Part shown: positions 1 to 10,631 of the stretch, one piece after another
How positions within the stretch are numbered: the stretch's first letter is position 1
Layout of the letters: each line of letters opens with the position of its first letter
The notes under the pieces: generated by a model
What the model was told of the DNA's origin: nothing
Databases searched by the model: none
What the model saw: only the letters and a program-made list of their open reading frames with translations
Assembly: GCA_016839765.1 (NCBI GenBank)
Contig: JAEOTP010000034.1
Span: forward strand, 1 to 64,000
Reading direction: 5' to 3'
DNA: 64,000 bases
Source of the DNA: Promethearchaeota archaeon
GTDB lineage: Archaea > Asgardarchaeota > Lokiarchaeia > Sigyniarchaeales > SOKP01
Made by a program: the position numbers and the translations under genes

Positions 1-3000
1 GTATTATTGTTGGGCAAATATGGATTTACATTCGGAAGAGTAGTATCTTTATACAAGGTTATTTGTACTGCATCAGCAACATATCCAAAGGTGTCATTAG
101 CAAAGAATTGTATAACAAAAGAATCTTCAGGTAAACTATTCCAAATATCAATATCAAATATTTGATCGGTGTTATTGGTTAGAGTAAAATTTTCTGAGTC
201 AACGTGGTACCAAATTGTATCTAAACTTGGATCTATAGCCATTACATTAAGAGTTGGGGGCGTATTCCAATTACTACCAGCTACTGGCGTATTTATTATT
301 ACTTCAGGGGCTTGAGTATCTTTATATATTGTTAAAATATAATTTTCACTTATGTGTTTATGACTATTAATCTCATCAGTAGCCCATATGTATATCTCAA
401 AAGGACCATTCCCTAAAGAGTCCCAAACACCAGCATTTAACAATTCTTCAGTATTATTTTGTAATAAATCTTGATATCCTCCGACTCGGTACCAGATGTC
501 ATCCAAATTTGGATCAATAGCAGATACATTAATGGGAGGTGGTGTATTCCAACTTGTTCCATTAATGGGTGAGTTGATGATAATAATTGGTGGTAAAGTA
601 TCTTTATATAACATTAATGAATATGAATTATTAAGTTGATTTAATGTATCATTAGCAAATATTTCTACAATAAATGCTCCTTCATCTAAACTGTTCCATA
701 ATGAACTATTTAAGGGAGTCGGAGAATTATTAGGTATTTCTATCTCTGTTGTACCAATTTTATACCAAATTTTATCAAGGGCTACATCAGTAGCAATTAC
801 ATGAATATCTGGGGGAGAATAATAATATGTATTATTCGTAGGAGAAATAATAGTCAATTGAGGAGCAATAGTATCTTTATATAACATTAATGTATAAGTA
901 TCATTGAGATGACCAAAAGTATCATTAGCAAAAATTTCTACATAAAAAGCTCCTTCAGATAAACTATTCCAGATAGTAACGTTAAGCATTTCTTCTAAAT
1001 TATTTGTTAAGGAAACATTAGTAGTTTCTACTCGATACCACACATCTTGAAAATTAGGATCATATGCGGATACATTAATATAAGGAACAGAATTCCAATA
1101 AGTCAAATTAGAGGGTGAATTTATGACTATATTAGGAGCAATTGTATCTTTATATAATGTTAAACTTAATTCATTCCCATTTCCTAAATCATCAAATGCA
1201 GAAAAAGTGAGTTGAAATTCTCCTTGGGGTAATTGATTCCATATATTTTGATCAAGTGGAACTTCTGTATTGTTATTCAACCAAATATTTGTAGGAGAAT
1301 AACCAACAACTGTGTATGTAAGAGATGCAAAATTCGGGTCGATTACTGTTACATTTATAGAAGGAGGATTATCATAATATGTGAGATTAGATGGTGTATT
1401 AATAGTCATTCTGGGAGCCAGACTATCTTTATATAAAGTGTGAGAAAAGGTGTTATTTACATTTCCAACAGTATCATTTGCATAAAAATATATAGTGAAC
1501 TCCTGTTCTTCTAATAGACTTGACCAAATAGTGTAATTTAAAGGTTCTGATACTCCATTTGTTAATAAAACTTTTGTTATTCCTACAGTATACCAAACAC
1601 TATCAAGATTTAAGTCTGTTGCTGATAGATGAATATCTGGTGGTGTATTCCATTTTGATCCGTCTTGTGGAGAATTAATTAATAATGCGGGACTGATTGT
1701 ATCTTTTTTAACGTAAAAAGTATCATTATTTTCCTCAAAATTACCTGCATCATCAAATATTCGGACAGAAACCCAGTTAGTTCCTTCTTGACATGCATCA
1801 AAATCTATTGTCCAGTCAAGTGTGTAAATGGGTTCTCCATGATCTGTAAAGATATATGTCCAATCTACCAAAATAATTCCACCTTGTCCTTGAGCAGTAG
1901 TAATTTTATATTGAGCATAATCAAGAGTGGAAGAAGGACTGGGATCAATAAAATCCACATTATACGTAGTACCACCTGCATTACGCCACATATCATCCCC
2001 GTCTTGTAAATCATCAATAGTGGGTTTTATTGTATCTAAATATAATAGCGTTGTATTATAATTATTATAATCAGTATTTCCTGCAGCATCCACTAGCCAT
2101 ACATAGATAGTGTGAGTGCCATTAGAATTTACAGTAATTCCGGTAATAGTTTCAATATTTGCGCCTGCGACATAGGTTCCATCTGCATCTGAAGTAGGAG
2201 CAGAATCCAATTTATAGTATGCACCTACGATCCCGGATGCATCTAAAGGATTCGTCCAAGATACGTTAAAATAGTTTATATTCGTCCACGAAGATGGAAT
2301 TGCTATTAATCCAGGTGGAGTTAATGGATCCGAAGTATCTAAATAAAATTGGATAGATACATAAGTACTATAATTAATATTTCCTGCAGCATCCACTAGC
2401 CACACATAGGTGGTATGAGTTCCATCAGCGCCTGCTGCAATACCCAAAATAGATTCAATGTCTGCACCCGCTTCGTAAATTCCGTCCGTATCTGAAGTAG
2501 GAGCAGAATCTATGCTATAGTACGCACCTACGATCCCAGATGCATCTGAAGGATTTGTCCATGATAGATTAAAACTATCAATATTCGTCCAAGAGGAAGG
2601 TGTTACACTTAATCCAACTACAGAAGAAGGATTTGTTGTATCTAAGAATAATTGGGTTGATGCATGATTATTATAATCAATATTTCCTGCTGTATCATTT
2701 AACCATACGTAAACAGTATGAGTTCCGTCTGTTGTCACAGAAATACCAGAAATTGATTGTATATCGGTACCTCCTACGTAAATTCCACCTGTATCTGAAG
2801 TAGGGGCAGAATCTAAAGAATAATACGCACCGACAATACCAGAAAGATCTGAAGGATTGGTCCAGGACAGATCAAAACTATCAATATTTGTCCATGAAGG
2901 GGGAGTTGCTGTCAATCCAATCGGTGCATTTGGATCTTCCCCATCTAATTGCAATTGAGTAGTTGCATAGTTATTGTAATCAATATTTCCTGCTGCATCT

Positions 3001-4010
3001 CTTAACCATACATAGATAGGGTGAGTTCCATTAGAATTTACAATAATTCCGATAATGGTTTCAATATTACTTCCTACTATATAAATTCCATCATTATTAG
3101 AAGTTGGAACGGCATCTAATTTATAATAGGCTCCAACGATTCCAGAAGTATCTGAGGGATTCGTCCAAGATAAATCAAAATTGTTAATATTTGTCCATGA
3201 AGAGGGATCAGCTGAAAGACTAATTGGAGCGGCAGGGTTCACAGAATCCTTCGTGACTTGAACTGAATCTGAATTTTCATTGGCAACTGAATCATTAGCA
3301 AAGAAATTTATGTCAACTGAACCTTCTGATAATGGGTTCCAAGCGCTTTGATCAATAGTGCTATTATCTTGGAAAAAATATTTTGTGGTATCAGTATTCA
3401 ATGTATACCACATTTTATCTAAATTTCGATCTGAAATTTCGACAGTAAAACCTGGAGCGGTTAAATTAAAAAAACCTCCTGTTGGAGAAATAACATTAAT
3501 GGTTGGATCAATAATATCAATTCTTATTATTGCATCAGCTTGTCCTACATCACCTAGGGAGTCGTTTACATAAAATCTAATTGTTACGGTCCCATTATTA
3601 AGATTGTCCCATAGAGTTTGATCAAACGTGTCATTAATATCTTCATTTAATGTTCCTTCTAATTCCTTTGGTACAGATTTCTCACCAGTTTCTAAAAATT
3701 CATACCAGCTATAGTTTCCTATTCCATCAGTAATGGTTAATGAATAATTTGGAGCAATTGTGCCAAACAGCGTATAATTATCTGGTGAGAGAATAGAAAT
3801 AACAGGTGGATCTGATGCTTTTGGATTAAAATCTTGATTAAAATTATTATCTTCCTTAATGGAAGACATATAATAAATGATTAAATTAGAGTTAGAAAAA
3901 AAAATTATTATAAAGCACAAAATAAAATAAGCCAATAAGTTGGAAACTCGCTTTAATCTTTTATGTGAATTAAATTTGCACCAATACTTTTTTATTCTTA
4001 TTTTCCTCAT
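1..4010 (-). CDS. Large secreted/surface protein (>1336 aa, 3' end outside window) with tandem Ig-like and FN3-like beta-sandwich repeats
   Basis: Not in the ORF track because it runs off the edge. Manual translation from ATG at 4010 gives MRKIRIKKYW...LLAYFILCFIIIFFS (basic N-terminus plus hydrophobic signal/anchor). The frame stays open to position 1 with recurring KDT.P.I.I.SP.N...W...D.NLD.IWY and SWTNPSD.SGIVGAYY motifs and many N-x-S/T sequons. Confidence 0.9.
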   Translation of the reverse strand, partial: MRKIRIKKYWCKFNSHKRLKRVSNLLAYFILCFIIIFFSNSNLIIYYMSSIKEDNNFNQDFNPKASDPPVISILSPDNYTLFGTIAPNYSLTITDGIGNYSWYEFLETGEKSVPKELEGTLNEDINDTFDQTLWDNLNNGTVTIRFYVNDSLGDVGQADAIIRIDIIDPTINVISPTGGFFNLTAPGFTVEISDRNLDKMWYTLNTDTTKYFFQDNSTIDQSAWNPLSEGSVDINFFANDSVANENSDSVQVTKDSVNPAAPISLSADPSSWTNINNFDLSWTNPSDTSGIVGAYYKLDAVPTSNNDGIYIVGSNIETIIGIIVNSNGTHPIYVWLRDAAGNIDYNNYATTQLQLDGEDPNAPIGLTATPPSWTNIDSFDLSWTNPSDLSGIVGAYYSLDSAPTSDTGGIYVGGTDIQSISGISVTTDGTHTVYVWLNDTAGNIDYNNHASTQLFLDTTNPSSVVGLSVTPSSWTNIDSFNLSWTNPSDASGIVGAYYSIDSAPTSDTDGIYEAGADIESILGIAAGADGTHTTYVWLVDAAGNINYSTYVSIQFYLDTSDPLTPPGLIAIPSSWTNINYFNVSWTNPLDASGIVGAYYKLDSAPTSDADGTYVAGANIETITGITVNSNGTHTIYVWLVDAAGNTDYNNYNTTLLYLDTIKPTIDDLQDGDDMWRNAGGTTYNVDFIDPSPSSTLDYAQYKITTAQGQGGIILVDWTYIFTDHGEPIYTLDWTIDFDACQEGTNWVSVRIFDDAGNFEENNDTFYVKKDTISPALLINSPQDGSKWNTPPDIHLSATDLNLDSVWYTVGITKVLLTNGVSEPLNYTIWSSLLEEQEFTIYFYANDTVGNVNNTFSHTLYKDSLAPRMTINTPSNLTYYDNPPSINVTVIDPNFASLTYTVVGYSPTNIWLNNNTEVPLDQNIWNQLPQGEFQLTFSAFDDLGNGNELSLTLYKDTIAPNIVINSPSNLTYWNSVPYINVSAYDPNFQDVWYRVETTNVSLTNNLEEMLNVTIWNSLSEGAFYVEIFANDTFGHLNDTYTLMLYKDTIAPQLTIISPTNNTYYYSPPDIHVIATDVALDKIWYKIGTTEIEIPNNSPTPLNSSLWNSLDEGAFIVEIFANDTLNQLNNSYSLMLYKDTLPPIIIINSPINGTSWNTPPPINVSAIDPNLDDIWYRVGGYQDLLQNNTEELLNAGVWDSLGNGPFEIYIWATDEINSHKHISENYILTIYKDTQAPEVIINTPVAGSNWNTPPTLNVMAIDPSLDTIWYHVDSENFTLTNNTDQIFDIDIWNSLPEDSFVIQFFANDTFGYVADAVQITLYKDTTLPNVNPYLPNNN
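47..1703 (-). repeat. At least six ~91-94-aa Ig-like repeats (YKDT..P unit)
   Basis: KD(T/S) motif recurs at about 1703, 1427, 1148, 875, 602, 320 and 47, each followed by I.SP.N.T.W/Y...P.I.V.A.D...D.IWY and later FANDT.G. Confidence 0.85.
2037..3248 (-). repeat. Four intragenic 303-nt (101-aa) FN3-like repeats
   Basis: The repeat-start Asp codon recurs at 3248, 2945, 2642 and 2339, and the next unit starts at 2036. Shared motif: PSSWTNI..F.LSWTNP.D.SGIVGAYY.LDSAPTS...GTH..YVWL.DAAGN. Confidence 0.9.
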
Positions 4011-4459
4011 TGCTGAAGGTAACAGACCCCGCATTAAAACCATTTTTAGAGACCGTATTGGATTTGTTAGTTCATTAATAAAAAATTATTGGAATGTTTA
4101 TATATTTTGTCGTACGTCCCATTTTTTCACGGGAGAAAAAGGAAATTCAAACTTTTCAAAGCTTAGAACCAAATTATAAAGAATTGACAATTTTTATAGA
4201 TATCTAATGAAATAGTATAGGATCTTAGTATATAAATTAAGGATATTAATTTTTTTTAAAATATCTGCTAAAATTGGTCAATGATTTTAATAAAAAAAAG
4301 AACACAAAAAATTTTTATAGACATTCTTTTTATCTTAAATTCTAAAAAGAACAATCTTTAGTCTGTATGAAGTGGAAATGAATAAAAATTAATTCTTTTA
4401 AAGAATCATTAATTTTTATCATCTAACTGTCAAATACAAATTAGTACTGTTGAGAAAAT

Positions 4460-4669
4460 ATGGTTGAATGTAATCAAGAGAGATTAAAAGAAAATTGTGA
4501 TTGTACGTATATGACTTGTTCAAGAAGGGGTAAATGTTGTGAATGCATTGAATATCATTTGAAAATGAATGAATTGCCTGGTTGTGTTTTTTCGAAAATA
4601 TCAAAGGATGCAGAAAAATCGTATAATAGAGATTTTAATTACTTTGCTAAATTAGTGTTAGGCGGTTAA
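4460..4669 (+). CDS. Small Cys-rich protein (DUF6485-like)
   Basis: C-x-C-T-Y...C..RGKCCEC..YH...ELPGC.F...AE.SY.R pattern, 69 aa. Confidence 0.75.
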   Translation: MVECNQERLKENCDCTYMTCSRRGKCCECIEYHLKMNELPGCVFSKISKDAEKSYNRDFNYFAKLVLGG

Positions 4670-4744
4670 AGTTAAAATCAATAAATATTATTTTTTAGAT
4701 ATTATTTTTTAGATATCTTCAATAAAATCAAGCGAGGGAAGAAG

Positions 4745-6019
4745 ATAATTAATCTCGATCAATATCTTAATAATCTATTTCAAAAGATTAGCTTAGAATT
4801 CTGTGATAGTTCAGGTGAAAAGTTATTAGGGTCCTTAGAATTTGAAAAAATTACTAAAACAGTGCCAGGATGGGGGAATTTTATATTAAAAGGGATAGAT
4901 TATGATCGCTCCGAAACTTTAAGGACAGTAAGGCATATTTTTCGTTCACTATGGGTTTATTATGCAATAATGAATAATAAATTTGAGGTGGAGATTAAGA
5001 GTGAAAATTTATCTCTTCTAAAAAACATCTTAAATAAAATTTACCAATATAATTCGGAAATTTTTCCACTTCTTCTTTTATTTCATGATATTGGCAGACC
5101 ATTCAATAAAGAGTGGCATACTTTTGAATCAGCTAATATTATTAAACAAAATAGTTTATTAACTAAATTTCAATTAAGTTTAGAGCAACAATTAATTCTT
5201 TATGGAGCTATAAAATATCACTTACTCCCAGGTACTATATATACAGGTGAATCCAGCTATTATGGGGCTATTTCTATCTTTAATGATAAAGATTTACGGA
5301 TATTATGGCAATCTACTGAGGATATTTCAATATTCTTTCATATTTTAAATGCTTTCACATTGGTTGATATCTGGGGTTATGATTATTCAAAGATTTATGA
5401 TCATTATTTTAGGAATTATGATAAGATCCGATTAAATTTATCAGATATTTTTAATAAAACTAAGTCGTTTGAGTTTGAAGAACGCAGTTTTGCTTTATTT
5501 AATGCTCTTTCTAATCTTGACAAAAATAATCTAAAATGGCGCATTTCATGTGCGCTAAGGATTTTTCAATTTATAGAAACAAGTCCAGATTTAACGATTG
5601 ACTTATATTTTTCAAAAGTTGATGAAGCATTAGCTCAAATAGGTATAAATTGGAATATTTTTGCCAAATCACTAGAAGATAAACACACATTTATTCAATT
5701 TAAATATGGTTTACCATTAGTTATGTTATTAGCGTCAGGTTCTTTTAAGCGAGAGCCAATAAATCATGAAGACAAAATCGATCCTAAATTATTTTATTTT
5801 TGGCAAACTTGTTGTGAAAAAGTATCTTTTCATTTAAAAGACATTAAAATTCCTAGAGCTTGGAATTTCATTTTTGGACTTCCAAGAGGTTGGTTTTTTA
5901 AAAAAGAATATATGAATTATATAAGAAGTGAACAATTCCTTAAAGATTTAAGAAAAATCTCCTCTAAATATGATCCTAATTTTGACAGCTATTTTGTTAA
6001 TTTTAAACTGGATATCTAA
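4745..6019 (+). CDS. HD-domain-like hypothetical protein
   Basis: LLLFHDIG..., H and D motifs. The frame is open 39 codons upstream of the tracked GTG (4862) to an ATA/ATT at 4745/4748 that follows purine-rich GAGGGAAGAAG, so the start is uncertain. Confidence 0.6.
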   Translation: MINLDQYLNNLFQKISLEFCDSSGEKLLGSLEFEKITKTVPGWGNFILKGIDYDRSETLRTVRHIFRSLWVYYAIMNNKFEVEIKSENLSLLKNILNKIYQYNSEIFPLLLLFHDIGRPFNKEWHTFESANIIKQNSLLTKFQLSLEQQLILYGAIKYHLLPGTIYTGESSYYGAISIFNDKDLRILWQSTEDISIFFHILNAFTLVDIWGYDYSKIYDHYFRNYDKIRLNLSDIFNKTKSFEFEERSFALFNALSNLDKNNLKWRISCALRIFQFIETSPDLTIDLYFSKVDEALAQIGINWNIFAKSLEDKHTFIQFKYGLPLVMLLASGSFKREPINHEDKIDPKLFYFWQTCCEKVSFHLKDIKIPRAWNFIFGLPRGWFFKKEYMNYIRSEQFLKDLRKISSKYDPNFDSYFVNFKLDI

Positions 6020-6086
6020 TAATTCCGAAAATTGGATTATAAGTTTTAAGAAAAATTTTTTATAGTAAACCTTCCTATTAAAAAAC

Positions 6087-6419
6087 AGACGAGTGATACA
6101 TGAGGCTGACGGTGGGCATGACCTGCTGAGGAACCTCACCTCACACTCCAAGCAAGGTGTAGCACAAGCTACTACGGTGAGAACCGTATTTTAGGAACTG
6201 AAACGGCACCGCCTTTTTACACATATTAATGACTTGGAATTAAGCCAGAGAAATTGTTTAAAGGAAAGGTTGGAACGAGCTAAAAACCTTGGTGTAAGGC
6301 CAAATGAAAGCGATGAGGATCTTGGAGCCAGCTTTGGGTAGGCCGCATAGTTTGATGCCTCAAGTATTTTTTGGTGACAGAAAATACTACAGAAAGGTGG
6401 GTATATGTATCACTCGTCT
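6087..6419 (+). ncRNA. rnpB: Archaeal RNase P RNA (type A)
   Basis: 15-bp terminal P1 helix (AGACGAGTGATACAT / ATGTATCACTCGTCT); P2 GAGGC/GCCTC; P4 halves GAGGAACC(U)CACC and ACAGAAAGGTGGGT with the bulged U; AACTGAAAC and GGAACG in the S-domain; P8 GTAGC-ACAA-GCTAC; P9 TACGGT-GAGA-ACCGTA; GGTAGGCCGCATAG; P19 AGTATTTT...AAAATACT. GC-rich island in an AT-rich genome. Confidence 0.95.
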
Positions 6420-6444
6420 TAATTTATGTTTAATTACATCCCAA

Positions 6445-7233
6445 TCATTCTTGTAATTCATAAGAAAAGATATCACAATGTTTTTTAAATCCTAATTTTC
6501 TATATACTTTTTTTCCTAATTCTGAGGCTTGGAGAACACTTATTTTATAGCCTAATTTGTATGCTTCTTTTAACGCTACTCCACTTATGGCTAAGCCAAA
6601 ACCTTTATTTCTATAATCGGGTAAAGTGGAGACTGCATGTAACCCAGCAACTCCTGAAGAGAGATATAATAATAAGGTCGAAACAGGTTCTCCATTATAA
6701 AAACCAAGGTAAAATCTTGATTCTTTTTCGAGTAATAAATACTTAAGCAATTCTAAATCGATTTTAATCTTAAATACTAATGAAACCGTATTTTTCCATT
6801 GCATAAGCATTCTTTCATTATTAACAGTTTTTATTTCTAGTTTACTTGATTCTAAATCGTTGTACTTAAAATTTTCGAGATTAAAAGCCATCCCTGCTTG
6901 GTGATAAACATTAGAAAAGTTATAATCTTCAAGGATATTTCCTAAATTAGGAGGTTTTGTTAAGGGCCCCACTGTCCAACCATTTGGAGCTTTATTTTCT
7001 CTAATCAGGGCTTTCACTTGATTAATTTCGGCTTCGATATTTAAATCCTCAAAGTTTACTTTAAATATACAATCTGGCCAATCCGCATATTTTGATTGCA
7101 CCCAGTTAATCTTATCGCTGCTCTGTGAATTAAAATTTGGATGATTTGAGCAATTTTCATAAAAATCATCTAAATTTCTCTCGATTGCGACCAATGTTGA
7201 TTTCTTATCTCTTGTATGCAGTTTCCCATTCAC
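6445..7233 (-). CDS. GNAT family N-acetyltransferase
   Basis: C-terminal GNAT motif A VSTLPDYRNKGFG and LQAS...YRKLGF. Confidence 0.85.
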   Translation of the reverse strand: MNGKLHTRDKKSTLVAIERNLDDFYENCSNHPNFNSQSSDKINWVQSKYADWPDCIFKVNFEDLNIEAEINQVKALIRENKAPNGWTVGPLTKPPNLGNILEDYNFSNVYHQAGMAFNLENFKYNDLESSKLEIKTVNNERMLMQWKNTVSLVFKIKIDLELLKYLLLEKESRFYLGFYNGEPVSTLLLYLSSGVAGLHAVSTLPDYRNKGFGLAISGVALKEAYKLGYKISVLQASELGKKVYRKLGFKKHCDIFSYELQE

Positions 7234-7401
7234 GTTATTAATTGAAAATATTAGAAATTATAATAATTAAAAAATAATAATTTTACCTAATAATTGCAAA
7301 AAATTAGTTAATTGTATCTTCTTGGCTTTCATGACTGTAAAAATGAATTGATTATGAATCGAATAAAATAAAAAAAAAGAAAAGTATCTTTTTTGATTTA
7401 A

Positions 7402-9549
7402 TTAAGGTATACCTAGTATAAGCAACCCAGCTCCTCCACCAAAAAGCAATAGAAATCCTATAAAAATTGATGCTGTTAGAGACATCACTACTAATAGGGT
7501 ATTTATGCTTGGACCTGCAGTATCTTTAAAAGGATCTCCAACAGTATCTCCTGTAATAGACGCCTTATGAATATCGGTTCCTTTTCCTCCAAGATTACCA
7601 TCCTCAATCCATTTTTTCGCATTATCCCACGCTCCACCGCTATTAGACATAAACACAGCAAAGACAAATCCAGATAAAATTGCACCACCTAAGAAAGCAG
7701 CTAATGCTGCAACTCCAAACAAAACTCCAATAGCAATAGGGATTAAAATTGAAATTAAACTAGGTAATATAAGTTCTCTTAATGAACCTTTTGTTGCAAT
7801 ATCAATAGTCCTGCTAAAGTCAGCAGCTTCTTCGCCAGTTAATATTTTAGGATTTTCTTCAAATTGTCTGCGGATTTCATCAACCATTTTGGCAGCATTC
7901 CTTTGAACTGCTAGAATTAATAAAGCTGAAAACAATGCAGGAACTACAACACCAATAAATGCTCCAATTAGAACATTTACATTTAATAAGTCAACAGAAG
8001 CAATACTAGCTCCTTTAGTTCTTGCTTCTTCAACAAAAGAAAATAATAACGCCAGTACAGTGAGGTTAGCAGCTCCTATCGCAAATCCTTTTGTAATTGC
8101 TTTTGCAGTATTTCCCGCTGAATCTAATCGGTCAGCTGTACGGATCACTTCATCTCCTAGTGCTCCTTGTTCAGCAATTGCTCTAGCATTATCAACAATA
8201 GGACCATAAGCATCGTTTGAAACAATTGTTCCCACAATTGCTAACATACCAACAGCAGCCATAGCAACTCCAAAAAAACCTCCTAACCAGAATGCAATTG
8301 CCATAGCTATTACAATACCTAATGCTGGTGGAACGACGCTTATAAGTCCATATGAGAATCCTGAAAGAATAACAACAGCATGACCTTCTTTAGCAGCATT
8401 AGCTATGTTTCGTGTTGGTTTTTTATCGTCTCTCGTAAAGTAATCACTTGTGAAGCCTAATATAATCCCAGCAATAAGACCAATAGCTGAAGTTCCCCAA
8501 ATTCGCCATAATAAACCAATCTCTGCTTGGGTTACTGTTGGATCACTTATTGAAAGGAAAAATGTAAATAATGCGGATAAGCCAAAATAGATTAAAGTCG
8601 CAAAATAAGTTCCTGTATTCAATGCTTTTCCAGGTTCTTCAGAACCTTTTAATTTTATAAAATATATCCCTATAAGTGAAGATATTAACCCAACACCACA
8701 TAAGATTATGGGAGTTATTACAAGTATAGCAGTTCCTCCTGCTGTCAATGTAACATCTCCAATTGGTGATTCGATAATGCCTGCAATGCCAAAGGAGGCA
8801 GCAAGCATCATAGCGGCTACAATAGATGCAACATAAGAATCAAATAGATCACTACCCATTCCTGCGATATCTCCAACGTTATCTCCAACATTATCTGCAA
8901 TTGTTGCAGGATTCCTTGGATCGTCTTCAGGGAGATCATATTCTGCTTTCCCTACTAAATCTGCGCCAACATCTGCAGTTTTTGTATATATGCCGCCCCC
9001 ACATTTCATAAAAAGAGCAATACTGCTTGCTCCGAAGCTAAATCCTAATACAACTAAAGGAGTCTGAAAAATCCCATATATTACAGAAACCCCTATTAAA
9101 GCCACTCCAACAACCGCTAGTCCCATTACAGAACCTCCAAAGAACGCAATGTCAAATCCCTTTTTTGTATTAACAGTGCAACCTTGAGCTGCTCTTGTAT
9201 TCGCTTTAACACCAACATACATTCCTAACCAGCCAGCTAACATCGATCCTAGAGCACCAATTAAGTATGCTACTGCTTGTTCCCAGTTTAGAGTACCTGG
9301 ATTTATAACAGAAGGGAGTAGAAACAATATTATCAGGAATAATGCTGTAACAAATAGTCCTAAAACCTTATATTGAACCTTAATATAAGTTTTCGCGCCC
9401 TCCTCGATATACCCCGCTACTTCTATCATTTTTTCATTTCCTGGATCCTCTTTTAAGACTAAATATCTAAAATATAAAGCCATAGCTATTGAGATACCCC
9501 CTGCTATTAATGCAACAATTAAAATAAATGGAACAGCCATTTTTAACAC
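7402..9549 (-). CDS. hppA: Membrane-bound ion-translocating pyrophosphatase (K+-independent signature)
   Basis: GGGIYTKTADVGADLVGK, EDDPRNPATIADNVGDNVGD, GNTAKA, GGAWDNAKK, GDTVGDPFKDTAGPS; many TM helices. Confidence 0.97.
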   Translation of the reverse strand: MLKMAVPFILIVALIAGGISIAMALYFRYLVLKEDPGNEKMIEVAGYIEEGAKTYIKVQYKVLGLFVTALFLIILFLLPSVINPGTLNWEQAVAYLIGALGSMLAGWLGMYVGVKANTRAAQGCTVNTKKGFDIAFFGGSVMGLAVVGVALIGVSVIYGIFQTPLVVLGFSFGASSIALFMKCGGGIYTKTADVGADLVGKAEYDLPEDDPRNPATIADNVGDNVGDIAGMGSDLFDSYVASIVAAMMLAASFGIAGIIESPIGDVTLTAGGTAILVITPIILCGVGLISSLIGIYFIKLKGSEEPGKALNTGTYFATLIYFGLSALFTFFLSISDPTVTQAEIGLLWRIWGTSAIGLIAGIILGFTSDYFTRDDKKPTRNIANAAKEGHAVVILSGFSYGLISVVPPALGIVIAMAIAFWLGGFFGVAMAAVGMLAIVGTIVSNDAYGPIVDNARAIAEQGALGDEVIRTADRLDSAGNTAKAITKGFAIGAANLTVLALLFSFVEEARTKGASIASVDLLNVNVLIGAFIGVVVPALFSALLILAVQRNAAKMVDEIRRQFEENPKILTGEEAADFSRTIDIATKGSLRELILPSLISILIPIAIGVLFGVAALAAFLGGAILSGFVFAVFMSNSGGAWDNAKKWIEDGNLGGKGTDIHKASITGDTVGDPFKDTAGPSINTLLVVMSLTASIFIGFLLLFGGGAGLLILGIP

Positions 9550-9718
9550 TTTTATATTCAGATTTTTTTAAAATTTTTAAAACAAATTAATTAATATTTA
9601 ATCTATTAGCCTAAATCCTATAAATATTTTGAATTTTAGAATCAGTTTAAATCCCAAATATTATATCAAATTTCAAGTAAGTTAGAATTTAGGGTAAGGA
9701 TATAATATATCAAAATTT

Positions 9719-10603
9719 TCAAAAAATAGTATTGATTTCAGAATTATTAAATCCCCAGGACTGTAAAATATTCTCAGCGTCATTTATAATATCATCAACC
9801 ATTACCTTAGTAGGTACTATTTTTCTTCTATGCCCGATTGCTGTCGAAGGTGCCATAAAATTCTTAATATTATAATGATAAATTCTTTTATAGAATTCCT
9901 CGCTAAAAATATCAGTAGTAATCCATTTATTTTTAATTTTTTGAGGAACTGGGCATTCTTCAGTTGCCATTAAGGCAGTACCAAGGCAAACCCCGTCTGC
10001 ACCCATCGCTAAAGCAGCTAAAAAACCTCTTGCATCACCAATCCCCCCTGCAGCAATTATAGGAATTTTTAGTAATTTTCTAGCCATCGTAATATTAATC
10101 AATGTAGGATTTGAAAGAGGATTTTTAAACCCAGTTCCTTCTAAACCTACTATTGTAACCCCATCAGCTCCTTCTTTTTCAGCTGAAACCGCATGCTTGA
10201 CTAAAACGCATTTATGGAACCAATAACCATCAGATTCATGAACTCTTTTCCCTATAAATGATGCTTTATAACCAGAAGTAGTAAATATATTACAATTCTC
10301 TTCAAGCGCTATATCAACATACTCTAAATATCGTTCTATTGTCTTTTCATCTTCGTCGATATCTTTAAAACTATGGGGCAAAGAAAGATTTATACCAAAA
10401 GGTTTATCCGTAAGCGTTTTCATTTTTTGTAAATCATTTTTAAAATCTTTTTTATCTGGAAAATTTAAGGCAGCAATTATTCCCAAACCTCCTGCATTTG
10501 AAAATACGGATGCAAAATCGGATTTGCCCCAGCCACCAAACGCGCCCATTATTAAGGGGTACTTAATTCCTGTTATTTGCGTAATTTTTGTTTTCCAGAT
10601 CAT
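9719..10603 (-). CDS. Nitronate monooxygenase / 2-nitropropane dioxygenase (FabK-like) flavoprotein
   Basis: KTKITQITGIKYPLIMG, SNAGGLGII, PIIAAGGIGDARG..AALAMGADGV..GT. Start moved to MIWKTK (10603) to avoid overlap with the sulfatase. Confidence 0.85.
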   Translation of the reverse strand: MIWKTKITQITGIKYPLIMGAFGGWGKSDFASVFSNAGGLGIIAALNFPDKKDFKNDLQKMKTLTDKPFGINLSLPHSFKDIDEDEKTIERYLEYVDIALEENCNIFTTSGYKASFIGKRVHESDGYWFHKCVLVKHAVSAEKEGADGVTIVGLEGTGFKNPLSNPTLINITMARKLLKIPIIAAGGIGDARGFLAALAMGADGVCLGTALMATEECPVPQKIKNKWITTDIFSEEFYKRIYHYNIKNFMAPSTAIGHRRKIVPTKVMVDDIINDAENILQSWGFNNSEINTIF

Positions 10604-10631
10604 TTTTTTTCTTCTACTTTTATTAAATCTG

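Noticed and set aside
2037-3248. DGR template/variable repeats
   Set aside because: These are in-frame domain repeats with differences at all bases, and there is no reverse transcriptase in the window.
1233-4179. Short plus-strand ORFs in the track (and similar antisense ORFs elsewhere, e.g. 13799-14110, 37577-38095, 44793-45110)
   Set aside because: They lie opposite well-supported genes and have no recognisable motifs.
4685-4716. Short tandem duplications (TATTATTTTTTAGA x2 here; AACCTTAAAATT x2 near 38928-38952)
   Set aside because: Low-complexity slippage-type duplications in AT-rich intergenic DNA with no evidence of function.
5948-6151. 67-aa minus-strand ORF
   Set aside because: It is antisense to the RNase P RNA and the end of the HD gene; a shadow ORF.
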